A stretch of 25,334 bases of DNA from a virus (lineage: Duplodnaviria > Caudoviricetes): positions 1 through 25,334 of IMG/VR virus record IMGVR_UViG_3300008261_000144; one strand, written 5' to 3'. Both the position numbers and the translations under genes were made by a program. Positions 17,452 through 25,334 of the stretch are shown here, one piece after another; the first letter of the stretch is position 1, and the number at the start of each line of letters is the position of its first letter. Below the pieces are notes generated by a model. That model was not told the DNA's origin, did no database searches, and worked only from the letters and a program-made list of their open reading frames with translations.

Positions 17452-17459
17452 CAAAGATA
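17452..17459 (-). promoter_or_regulatory. -7 promoter box TATCTTTG
   Basis: In the 16-nt gap between the nozzle halves; 4 nt before ATG 17447. Confidence 0.6.
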
Positions 17460-17463
17460 TTAA

Positions 17464-20400
17464 TTATTCTTCTTCTTCTGGAGGAGGTGGTAACTCATTT
17501 CCGTATTGAATTAATGTAAATGTTTCTGTTGACCCATCACAATACTGAACAACGAAATCTACATTTCTTAAAGATTCAGAGTCATTACTATCTATATATG
17601 CATATATGTCTTGATCACCATAACCTGAGTCAATCAATATATCTACCCATGAAGTTCCATAACCTGAATCTTCTAGACTAATAGTCCAGTATGTATTAGA
17701 CATTATACTGAACATAAAATATGAATTTCCATCTGTGTTCCAAGGTAAATATCTTTGATCTTGACTAATTGAAAGTTCACAAAGACCTTGTTTGACATCA
17801 GTAAATGATAGAACATATGTATCATTATACGGATCATACATACCTAACTTTTGAGTATTAGGATTATCCTTTAATTCATCTCTAAAATAGTTACGCATAC
17901 CATTTGCTGATATCTCAATAACTTGATCGCCCAACATCTGAAGGACAGCACCTCGTCTTGAGTCAGTAAAAAACACCATGTTTGAAAACTTCGCAAAGCT
18001 CTCTGGGTTATTACTGATACCATACTCAGATGGATGAACAATTTGATTTCCTAACACCTCAGGTACAGATGCCACTTGACCACCACCAACAGCATCAACT
18101 AATAAGTTCTTTCCATAAAGAACTGACGTTATTTTGTCCTGCTGTAATACCATTAGGTTGGTATCTTGTGCATACAATTTCTGTATCGGTCCGTACTGCT
18201 TATCTAAATTCTTGAAGTTTGCCTGTGATAAATTAAATGAGTTCAATCGATTGGTTGATGTGTCTCCTTTATATATACCACTATAGCAAAGTGATGCCAT
18301 TTTTTCTTCCTGCTTATAGTCCTCAATAACGCTTGTTGCTCTAGGACTATACTTCATTGTAGGTCTTAAGTAGTTGTCGTAAATCCTATATGACTCAACA
18401 CCATTGCCAAAAGCAAATGCGTTGAAGTCTGAGTTGTCAGATGTTACGTTGTTTAATTGTAAAATTAATGGAGCTCCAATTCCTATATTTTGATTTTGTT
18501 CTTGTATATCATAGTAAACATTTCCAGGTATTACTTGTCCAGATAAAACTGATGATACATCTACATCAATTATTATTGCATAATCATTTATAATATGAAG
18601 TATGTTATAATATCCATTAAGAGGGCCATATATAGGAGGTATGGTATCTGTAGTTCTAAGATATATTCTTTCACCAACATTAAAAGAATGCATCATATCA
18701 GTATCTTCTATAACTGTTGTTGATTCAGGTCCTAGTACTATATAATTATCGAATTCAGCAGGTACGTCAGGCCAAATAGCTCCATATGTAAAATCAGCAT
18801 AATACCAAGATACCATGTGATTGCCGTTATCAATTCTATATGTCTTACGCATTTCATAGAATACGTCAACATCTGATTCTAATGGCACTGTCTCAGCAGA
18901 AAGTTGAACTGTTGGAGTTTGAGTTATATCTAATGTTGCTACAATCTCATTTCTATTACATACATAGTTATCTCCGACACCTCTTATTAACATACATAGT
19001 GTACCATTTATATCCTCTTCTATATAATTAGTTTGATCACTTAAAGAAGGATCTGTAGAATATTGAGGAGTTGAAGTTGATGACCTTCTAAATATTATAT
19101 TGTTTGCAGATGTTACTAAACTATCACTAAAATCTTTATATTTAAATGATTGATATGCACCTGATCTCCAAAACCACTCTTCTAAATTCTTATAATAATT
19201 ATCAGATGTCCATGTATTATTTTGATTCCTAACAGGTGCAGATGGATCTGTAGGAGCATAATCTCTTACTATATTTATATTTATGACTGCTCCAGGATAT
19301 ATTGGTCCATTATAAGCTAATATAGCATGACCTCCATACTCATCTGGAGATATATTTCCCATGTCATTATCTGAAGGAATACCACTATATGAATATATAT
19401 CATCTATTACTGTTGATGAGAATATATAAGGAGGTGTAATAGGTAAAGGATTATAAACACCATTACATCTTACATTAAATATGTATAAGTCACCTACATT
19501 ATAATTACCATCATCAAAATATAATTCAAAATCTGGTGGATCTCCATAAGCAGGTGTGAGTGCTATTGATAAGAAATAAAAAGAACTGGATGGTGGTATT
19601 GATATTGATGATCCCCATCCAGTATCAGAATCTGGAGCAGTAGATACTTGAAATTCTGTTTCTGAAACTATTTTTATTGATATTCTATAATCCTTACTTA
19701 ATTCTCCACCTGCATAAGCATATTGTATATTTATATCAGGAGCACCATTTTGATATGGATATATTAATGTATTATCACCATTATTAGCATAATACGAATA
19801 TTCAAATGTTACATCTGATGATCTATCTACTACAGGGCTAACAGTTTGATCTCCAAGACAAGTTACATTTGCATTATTTTTAGGACCTCTACCTTGTCCT
19901 GTTGCATTTGTTGGTGTAGATTGAGGCTCATTTAAAAATGCATCTACTGGATCAGCTTTAATTTTAAAATATAATCCCTCAGTAGTAAATGGACTTGTTG
20001 CTGTTTTATACTCAAGCTCAAGAACTTTAAATTGTTTGTTTGAATGAGTAGCTATACCATTAGCAGTTTTAAATATAATATATCCACCAACAGTAATTTT
20101 ATCTCTGTCAGCTTCATTAATTAAAAAATATCTAAATACACCATCAACTACAAATGTCATTGGGAATATATTATAATAATCACCTTGTGCTTGTTTAATA
20201 ACAAATCTATAATTTGCAGCCCAAAATGGAGGCTCATTATTTAATGTTACTATTATAGAGTTAGCAGTATCTGAATTTATTGGAGGGATATATAATGTAT
20301 TTTCTTTACTTGTTAAAGCAGTAGTCATTCGACCATATTCATCCAAATATACAATACCAATCTCATAGTCACGATCACTTCTAAATGTCTTTTTAGGTGC

Positions 20401-21525
20401 AGTAGTTATAGCTTCACTATCTAATGAAAGTAAATAGTCAGGAACTATCTTTATACCATTAGAATTTACGATATCTCTAAACTGAACATAATTACCATAA
20501 ACCAATCTGTTTCCAATTATCTCTTGTGCTTTTGCAGTTAATGGTACATTGTCAAATAGTCTTGTTACTTCACTTGATTCTAAAGGAGTGTAAATTTTGT
20601 TAGCACTAAAAGTTATTGAATACTTTGAGTCATCCAATATTGATAAATCATCTTTATTATAATTGTCAATTATATAAACATTTAATCTATAAGTATCAAA
20701 GTAAAGGACCTGAATTTGTTCAACAAACTCATTGCCAGTGTCAAATGTTACATCAACTTTATTATACTTATTTAGCATCCCTTTGTTGTCACCTGTATTA
20801 TAGTCATATGCGAATCCACTTGCATGGAAAGCAACAGATGAAAATGGAGATAGTGAGCTATATTGATTATCTTTATACTTAAATCGATATGAAAAGTATA
20901 TAAATTTATCTTGTATATTATTTGATGTATTAATATTTTCATCAAAAGACAAATCAATCTTAGGACTATACAATGGTGGTCTAAGAATTACATTTATATC
21001 CTCAACGATTCTAAGGTCGTCAGTAGTATAACTTTTAGATCTTGCTATATTTATTCTTCTAGGTGGATTTAATCCATCTGTCCAATATAAGAATGGGCCT
21101 TCACCCTTAGATGCAGGTATAAAATTAATTCCAGTTACAGGATAGTTTTTATTAAAATTTAATTGTCCTTGAGTACATAGCAAAACAATACTAGTAAAAT
21201 TGAATACTTCACTATACTCAAATATCGCGTCAAATGTATCACTAGTAACCAACCAATAGATAAGGTTATCAGCCTCATAAGTTACAGCTCCAATTGTCTT
21301 AGAATTTGAGCCAGAATAAGTAACTCCTTGAGCTTCAACTAATGTCTGAATATTAGAAACTAGTGCATTACCAAGTGAATTTGATACAGCACCAATATTA
21401 GATCCTGATGCAGTATCTATAGTTACGTTAATTGCATCAATATATTCACCATCAGGAATAAGGCGTTCATCAAGATCCTTATTCATTCTACCTTTAATAA
21501 AGGTCTTATTTAATTCAACTGCCAT
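17464..21525 (-). CDS. Tail nozzle/stabilization (muzzle, P22 gp10-like) protein, N-terminal part, with C-terminal BACON-like domain
   Basis: FIKGRMNKDLDERL..GEYIDAINV, LYWTDGLNPPRRINI, AKAQEIIGNRLVYGNY, GIVYLDEYGR, GNGVES, YGISNNPESFA motifs. Confidence 0.85.
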   Translation of the reverse strand: MAVELNKTFIKGRMNKDLDERLIPDGEYIDAINVTIDTASGSNIGAVSNSLGNALVSNIQTLVEAQGVTYSGSNSKTIGAVTYEADNLIYWLVTSDTFDAIFEYSEVFNFTSIVLLCTQGQLNFNKNYPVTGINFIPASKGEGPFLYWTDGLNPPRRINIARSKSYTTDDLRIVEDINVILRPPLYSPKIDLSFDENINTSNNIQDKFIYFSYRFKYKDNQYSSLSPFSSVAFHASGFAYDYNTGDNKGMLNKYNKVDVTFDTGNEFVEQIQVLYFDTYRLNVYIIDNYNKDDLSILDDSKYSITFSANKIYTPLESSEVTRLFDNVPLTAKAQEIIGNRLVYGNYVQFRDIVNSNGIKIVPDYLLSLDSEAITTAPKKTFRSDRDYEIGIVYLDEYGRMTTALTSKENTLYIPPINSDTANSIIVTLNNEPPFWAANYRFVIKQAQGDYYNIFPMTFVVDGVFRYFLINEADRDKITVGGYIIFKTANGIATHSNKQFKVLELEYKTATSPFTTEGLYFKIKADPVDAFLNEPQSTPTNATGQGRGPKNNANVTCLGDQTVSPVVDRSSDVTFEYSYYANNGDNTLIYPYQNGAPDINIQYAYAGGELSKDYRISIKIVSETEFQVSTAPDSDTGWGSSISIPPSSSFYFLSIALTPAYGDPPDFELYFDDGNYNVGDLYIFNVRCNGVYNPLPITPPYIFSSTVIDDIYSYSGIPSDNDMGNISPDEYGGHAILAYNGPIYPGAVININIVRDYAPTDPSAPVRNQNNTWTSDNYYKNLEEWFWRSGAYQSFKYKDFSDSLVTSANNIIFRRSSTSTPQYSTDPSLSDQTNYIEEDINGTLCMLIRGVGDNYVCNRNEIVATLDITQTPTVQLSAETVPLESDVDVFYEMRKTYRIDNGNHMVSWYYADFTYGAIWPDVPAEFDNYIVLGPESTTVIEDTDMMHSFNVGERIYLRTTDTIPPIYGPLNGYYNILHIINDYAIIIDVDVSSVLSGQVIPGNVYYDIQEQNQNIGIGAPLILQLNNVTSDNSDFNAFAFGNGVESYRIYDNYLRPTMKYSPRATSVIEDYKQEEKMASLCYSGIYKGDTSTNRLNSFNLSQANFKNLDKQYGPIQKLYAQDTNLMVLQQDKITSVLYGKNLLVDAVGGGQVASVPEVLGNQIVHPSEYGISNNPESFAKFSNMVFFTDSRRGAVLQMLGDQVIEISANGMRNYFRDELKDNPNTQKLGMYDPYNDTYVLSFTDVKQGLCELSISQDQRYLPWNTDGNSYFMFSIMSNTYWTISLEDSGYGTSWVDILIDSGYGDQDIYAYIDSNDSESLRNVDFVVQYCDGSTETFTLIQYGNELPPPPEEEE

Positions 21526-22433
21526 TATTTTATAATTTTATCTCTGCCTCTTAATGACATCAATAGTCTTGCTGGATGTAAATTACTCAATCTTATTTTG
21601 GTATTTCGCAAAGATGCTGTCTTAGCCTTTTGAACTCTATTAACAATGTATTCTTGAACTCCTGTTTTATTGCTAAGAACAGCCCACTTTAAATAATTGT
21701 AAATATATTCTTCTGCTAGTTTGTTGATTGTGATAAGAGAATCATCACCATTTTCCATACCATCTGAAATATACTCAAGCACAATATAACCATCCTCAAC
21801 ACCAGTTGAAAAGTCAATAACACCAGCAGCTTTATTAATTGTAAATTTTGGATTTCTATTTGCAGCGTCAGTCTCTAGACCATATCTTCCACCTATACCA
21901 TAACCAAAATACCAGTCACCATTATATGCCCAACCATAAGAACCATTATAAGGTCCAGGTCCTACATATAATTGTTTGTCTTGTCTCATTATGTCAAGCT
22001 TAGATGTGCCTGTAACAACCTCGCCATTTAAATCGAAAATTATATCAAGATTATTGTCTTGTAAATATGCTGTTGCTGATAGAACTGTTCTGTTTTCAGT
22101 TAGCTGAAATAGAACTCCATTTCTAAGTAAAGATATTCTAACATAGTTAACATAGTCTGGAGGCAATACCATTTTTAGTTGACTACCTAACTGCAATTCA
22201 AGAACCTTAATATTTCTTAATGCGTCATAGTTCAACTCCTGTATAGCTCTCTTTGCATGAAACAAAACAGTATATCGCTCAACATTATTAACTAATTTAT
22301 CGTTACCAACATACATTAGCATAAAATTATTCACAATGTCAGCTAAACTAACATATTGGTAAGAACCCCAATTTACATCTTCAGGCACTACACCATTGTT
22401 AGTATAATATTGATAGTTAGTAATATATGCCAT
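21525..22433 (-). CDS. Virion ring/head-tail adaptor structural protein
   Basis: AKRAIQELNYD, LPPDYVNYVRIS, IVLEYISDG motifs recalled from crAss-like ring proteins; TAATG coupling to the nozzle gene. Confidence 0.7.
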   Translation of the reverse strand: MAYITNYQYYTNNGVVPEDVNWGSYQYVSLADIVNNFMLMYVGNDKLVNNVERYTVLFHAKRAIQELNYDALRNIKVLELQLGSQLKMVLPPDYVNYVRISLLRNGVLFQLTENRTVLSATAYLQDNNLDIIFDLNGEVVTGTSKLDIMRQDKQLYVGPGPYNGSYGWAYNGDWYFGYGIGGRYGLETDAANRNPKFTINKAAGVIDFSTGVEDGYIVLEYISDGMENGDDSLITINKLAEEYIYNYLKWAVLSNKTGVQEYIVNRVQKAKTASLRNTKIRLSNLHPARLLMSLRGRDKIIK

Positions 22434-22436
22434 TTG

Positions 22437-23153
22437 TTATTGTTTTTGTTGTATTTCTTGTAACTCCTCAGCTTTTGCAGCAGCCATAACCTCTTGCTCT
22501 CTAATTGATACGCCAGCGTATTGTAATATCTTGACAACTAAGTCAGAGAAGTCACTCATTGGCATCTCAAAATCTTGATAATCTAAAGCTGATGGGTTGA
22601 ATAATGGATCACCTCCAACAGATGTATATGTCCACTTCGGCTCTTTTGGATATCTAATATAATGTGCTGACACATTATCAATTATTGTATCTGGATAAAC
22701 AGTGAAGTTTGAAACTGATGTAGTTGTATTATCATAATTATCAGCCATAGTATAAATAGGATACGCTACACTAGGAGCTGTTAAATTTGAAGCCAATAGA
22801 TATAAAGCTTTTTGATGGCTTGTTTTCTCTATTTCCTTTGTTCCATTTAAAACTAACTTCTGAATAAAATAGCTATCGCTCGGTGCTTCAAAGTAAGGAG
22901 CTGTGTAAGTCAATGTGTCTATTTTATAAAAAGTATCTATAACTTCAGAAAGCTTTTTAGGAACATCAGCATAACCTTCTCCATGCATTCTTGCATTTTG
23001 CTTTATAATTGCATTGCTATATAGATAGATATATCTCTCAAACACTTCAAGTTGTGCTTGCTTAGCGTAAAGGTTAAACTCAAATGGAGTTACATATCCT
23101 CGATTGTCTTTAGCTAATATAGATAGAACTGTATTTCTAACTTCATTTATCAT
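22437..23153 (-). CDS. Tail tubular/ring (adaptor) protein
   Basis: NRGYVTPFEFNLYAKQAQLE, YIRYPKEPKW, LVVKILQYAGVSIRE motifs; synteny. Confidence 0.75.
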   Translation of the reverse strand: MINEVRNTVLSILAKDNRGYVTPFEFNLYAKQAQLEVFERYIYLYSNAIIKQNARMHGEGYADVPKKLSEVIDTFYKIDTLTYTAPYFEAPSDSYFIQKLVLNGTKEIEKTSHQKALYLLASNLTAPSVAYPIYTMADNYDNTTTSVSNFTVYPDTIIDNVSAHYIRYPKEPKWTYTSVGGDPLFNPSALDYQDFEMPMSDFSDLVVKILQYAGVSIREQEVMAAAKAEELQEIQQKQ

Positions 23154-23168
23154 CGAAATGTCTTTTTA

Positions 23169-23176
23169 CAAAGATA
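23169..23176 (-). promoter_or_regulatory. -7 promoter box TATCTTTG for the tail operon
   Basis: TAnnTTTG 3 nt downstream of the terminator U-tract, 15 nt before ATG 23153. Confidence 0.65.
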
Positions 23177-23179
23177 AAT

Positions 23180-23206
23180 AAAAAAAGGCACTTAATAAAA
23201 GTGCCT
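23180..23206 (-). terminator. Intrinsic terminator
   Basis: 8-bp stem AGGCACTT/AAGTGCCT, 5-nt loop, followed by a T7 run (first T is the stem end) on - strand after the 106-aa gene. Confidence 0.8.
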
Positions 23207-23230
23207 CTTCCTTTCTAGTTTGATAGCTTA

Positions 23231-23551
23231 TTAAGCAATAGCTACAGATGTAATTAACTGTTGAGTTGCACCAACCAATGGTAATGCAGGAACAATAATA
23301 GCATCAGGATTTGATGCTGCGCTATTAGCTAAAGCTAAAGCATTAACTACAGCATAGTGAGATGCATAAGTAGCATCAGCAGTAGTAAATGTAATTGTAA
23401 TTACATCAGCAGTAGCAACACCACCAATAGCAGTAAGAACTAATGTTGATGTAGATGGCATTGTAATAAAGTATTCAGCATTAGCTGAAATCAACGCCTT
23501 TGGAAGTGCATCAGCAGCTCCAATCGTAAATTGCAAAAATTTTCTGTTCAT
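23231..23551 (-). CDS. Small Ala/Thr-rich beta protein, probable capsid decoration/auxiliary protein
   Basis: 106 aa, strongly biased GCT/GCA/ACT codons, own promoter and terminator, double TAA TAA stop. Confidence 0.55.
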   Translation of the reverse strand: MNRKFLQFTIGAADALPKALISANAEYFITMPSTSTLVLTAIGGVATADVITITFTTADATYASHYAVVNALALANSAASNPDAIIVPALPLVGATQQLITSVAIA

Positions 23552-23582
23552 TTTTAAAACGTTTTAAAAGTTAATAACGATG

Positions 23583-23590
23583 CAAATATA
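23583..23590 (-). promoter_or_regulatory. -7 promoter box TATATTTG(CA)
   Basis: Immediately after the TAG stop of the 259-aa gene; A/T-rich leader to ATG 23551. Confidence 0.7.
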
Positions 23591-24370
23591 CTAATTATTT
23601 GATAACTTATCGTCCAAGAACTGATACAGCTCAATACCTTCATCTGAATGTAAATATGAAGCTAAAACAGATGTTGCATTGTCACCAAATGGAATAGTTA
23701 ACAATTTCTTTTTGTTTTCTTTCAAATTGAAATACAAGTCCTTTCCATTATTCTTTAATACCAAATAACCATCTGATAAAGCTCTAGCTGCTATGTTGTT
23801 TATTTTTAATGATGGATCATTTACAGCTTCCAAGAAATCTTGTGGGTATCTCTTAGCGTAAATCATCATATCTCTTTTAATTTCAGAACTACTCATTTTA
23901 TCAACTTGTCCACCAATTAAAATACGAGCAACAGCCTCTAATGTATTAAAATTATTTGCAGCCAAATCTCTAGCGGCCAACTGTGCATCAAGTTCTGAAT
24001 ACATTGATTCAATATCTTCTTCAGCATCTTTTTCATTGTCAAATTCAAAAAATTCACTTCCATTTCCAGGATGGTAATGCAAGAATTGTTGTAATACTGG
24101 ATTTGTTCTAGGAACTGTCAAGACGCCATCTTCAAATACAATTGGTTCAACAATTACATTTTGGTCTTGCTCTTCCTGAAAAGGAGTATTTGAATTTCGT
24201 GCGTAACGAAGCGGGTGATTTGTATTAGTTTCTGTACAATAGTAAAGTAAACGTTGTCTAGGTGTATCCTTTGAAGCTATATAATAAGACAAAGGTGATT
24301 GATTATTTCGCAGAATATAAGTTCTGTCTTTTGGTTCGAGAGTAACTCTCTTAATTGCTAATTTTTCCAT
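23591..24370 (-). CDS. Conserved phage protein downstream of major capsid (function unknown)
   Basis: 259 aa; LRYARN..PF..EQ, IVFEDGVL.VP..NP.LQ.FL..HP motifs; synteny. Confidence 0.7.
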   Translation of the reverse strand: MEKLAIKRVTLEPKDRTYILRNNQSPLSYYIASKDTPRQRLLYYCTETNTNHPLRYARNSNTPFQEEQDQNVIVEPIVFEDGVLTVPRTNPVLQQFLHYHPGNGSEFFEFDNEKDAEEDIESMYSELDAQLAARDLAANNFNTLEAVARILIGGQVDKMSSSEIKRDMMIYAKRYPQDFLEAVNDPSLKINNIAARALSDGYLVLKNNGKDLYFNLKENKKKLLTIPFGDNATSVLASYLHSDEGIELYQFLDDKLSNN

Positions 24371-24390
24371 TTTATATAATTTAAATTTTT

Positions 24391-24420
24391 AAAAATAAAG
24401 AGGGGTACGAATACCCCTCT
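24391..24420 (-). terminator. Intrinsic terminator after major capsid gene
   Basis: 9-bp stem AGAGGGGTA/TACCCCTCT with UUCG tetraloop on - strand, followed by TTATTTTT. Confidence 0.85.
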
Positions 24421-24432
24421 CTGTATTTATTC

Positions 24433-25334
24433 TTATCCTTTGAAGATAAAGAAGTTGTTTGCACCAAGTGTACAAAGAGCTCTTTCAGACAAGAAGTTAA
24501 CCTCCATTGCATCAAGATCGCTAGTTGCAGCACCACCAGCAGAACCAGTCATCCAAGTTTTGTAACGTCTGTTTTCAGCCTCAGAAGCTCGGTAACGAAC
24601 ATGTAAGAATGGACGTTTTGCATTTTTACCAAGAACTTGGTCATAAACTGTAGTTGTACCAGCAGGAACTAAAACTCCGTTTACAGCTCCACCAACTAGA
24701 CCACCACGAAGAGTAGCATCGTTAAGATATTTCCAGTCAGTTTTGTAGAACTCATAACCTCTACGGAATCCTGTGAATCCAAGATTTAAAGCCATTTGCT
24801 CACTGTTATCGAATAATCCATAAGATGTACCACCAACTCCATAAGAGTTTTGAGCAGCCAACATATCATCGATATCGAAAGAGAATTGACGATTCAAGAA
24901 TAATGCATTCTCAGCGATAGCACCTTGCTTGTCAAGACGTTGTACGATAGTATCAAAGTCAGCCAAAGCAGATGGATTACCACCAGCCCATACATTTCCT
25001 CTTGTCTCAATGGAGTTAAATAAACCTTGAGTACCTTTGTTACCCAAATCACCAGTTGTTAAAGCAGCAGCTCCAGATCCAGAACCAGCAGGAACACCTT
25101 CTACCATAGCCATTTCCATATAGTCCTCAAAACGTAGACGAGTCTCATGTTCTGATTTCATATACCATAAATAACCTGTAGCACCATTTTCAGTAGTTAC
25201 TTCAACCCATCCAATTTGAGCCATATCAGATCCTGATACAACATATTTATCTTTGATGATAATAGGAGATACTTCGAAGATGCTATCTTCAGCTTCTAAA
25301 GAACCACTCATTCCATTTGATCCTTTTTTAAATT
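24433..25334 (-). CDS. Major capsid protein (HK97-fold, crAss-related), 5'-truncated
   Basis: Frame open to the window edge (FKKGSNG-MSG...); ETRLRFEDYMEMAMVEG, GTQGLF, FLSERALCTLGANNF motifs; highly biased codons; strong terminator downstream. Confidence 0.85.
   Translation of the reverse strand, partial: FKKGSNGMSGSLEAEDSIFEVSPIIIKDKYVVSGSDMAQIGWVEVTTENGATGYLWYMKSEHETRLRFEDYMEMAMVEGVPAGSGSGAAALTTGDLGNKGTQGLFNSIETRGNVWAGGNPSALADFDTIVQRLDKQGAIAENALFLNRQFSFDIDDMLAAQNSYGVGGTSYGLFDNSEQMALNLGFTGFRRGYEFYKTDWKYLNDATLRGGLVGGAVNGVLVPAGTTTVYDQVLGKNAKRPFLHVRYRASEAENRRYKTWMTGSAGGAATSDLDAMEVNFLSERALCTLGANNFFIFKG

Larger units (their letters stand above)
1..25334. mobile_element. Tailed bacteriophage genome segment, crAss-related podovirus-type virion module, probable Bacteroidota host
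   Basis: Gene order capsid-ring-ring-nozzle-GNAT-ejection-giant protein; helicase/VRR-NUC arm; no cellular housekeeping genes; TAnnTTTG promoter boxes and A-rich SD-less leaders typical of Bacteroidota. Confidence 0.9.

Noticed and set aside
17448-17463. Nozzle split as a sequencing error, readthrough or pseudogene
   Set aside because: The halves are out of frame, each has an extra terminal domain, and the gap holds a promoter box, which is consistent with two real genes.
14103-20957. Short ORFs within ejection and nozzle genes (14103, 14552, 16603, 18030, 18840, 20616, 20772)
   Set aside because: Antisense or off-frame with no codon anomaly or recognisable motif, unlike the 11105-11236 ORF.
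1-25334. Stop-codon reassignment, tRNAs, CRISPR array, diversity-generating retroelement, integrase
   Set aside because: The standard code gives dense, full-length ORFs with TAG and TGA used as stops; intergenic gaps are very short; no repeat-spacer array, reverse transcriptase or recombinase seen.

Overview
A 25.3 kb, AT-rich piece of a lytic-style tailed phage genome with a crAss-like (podovirus) virion module. The host is probably Bacteroidota: genes have A-rich leaders without Shine-Dalgarno motifs, and TAnnTTTG -7 promoter boxes occur at gene boundaries. The + strand arm (1-4326) carries DNA-metabolism and small accessory genes: an SF2 helicase, a VRR-NUC nuclease, an HTH protein and a metallophosphoesterase. 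It converges on a - strand structural arm (4311-25334): major capsid (partial), a conserved protein, a small decoration-like protein, two ring/adaptor proteins, a nozzle/stabilization protein split into two genes, a GNAT-fold protein, two ejection proteins and a 3177-aa polyvalent ejection protein. The most striking signals lie inside the giant gene. It contains a nested +1-frame 43-aa basic ORF (MPFKSKQQVKFLY...), a second candidate nested ORF, an A10 slippery run opening a 31-codon -1 frame, and effector cassettes (zincin, unknown, ART-like) bounded by KKQ repeats. All family assignments come from motif reading and recall, not database searches.
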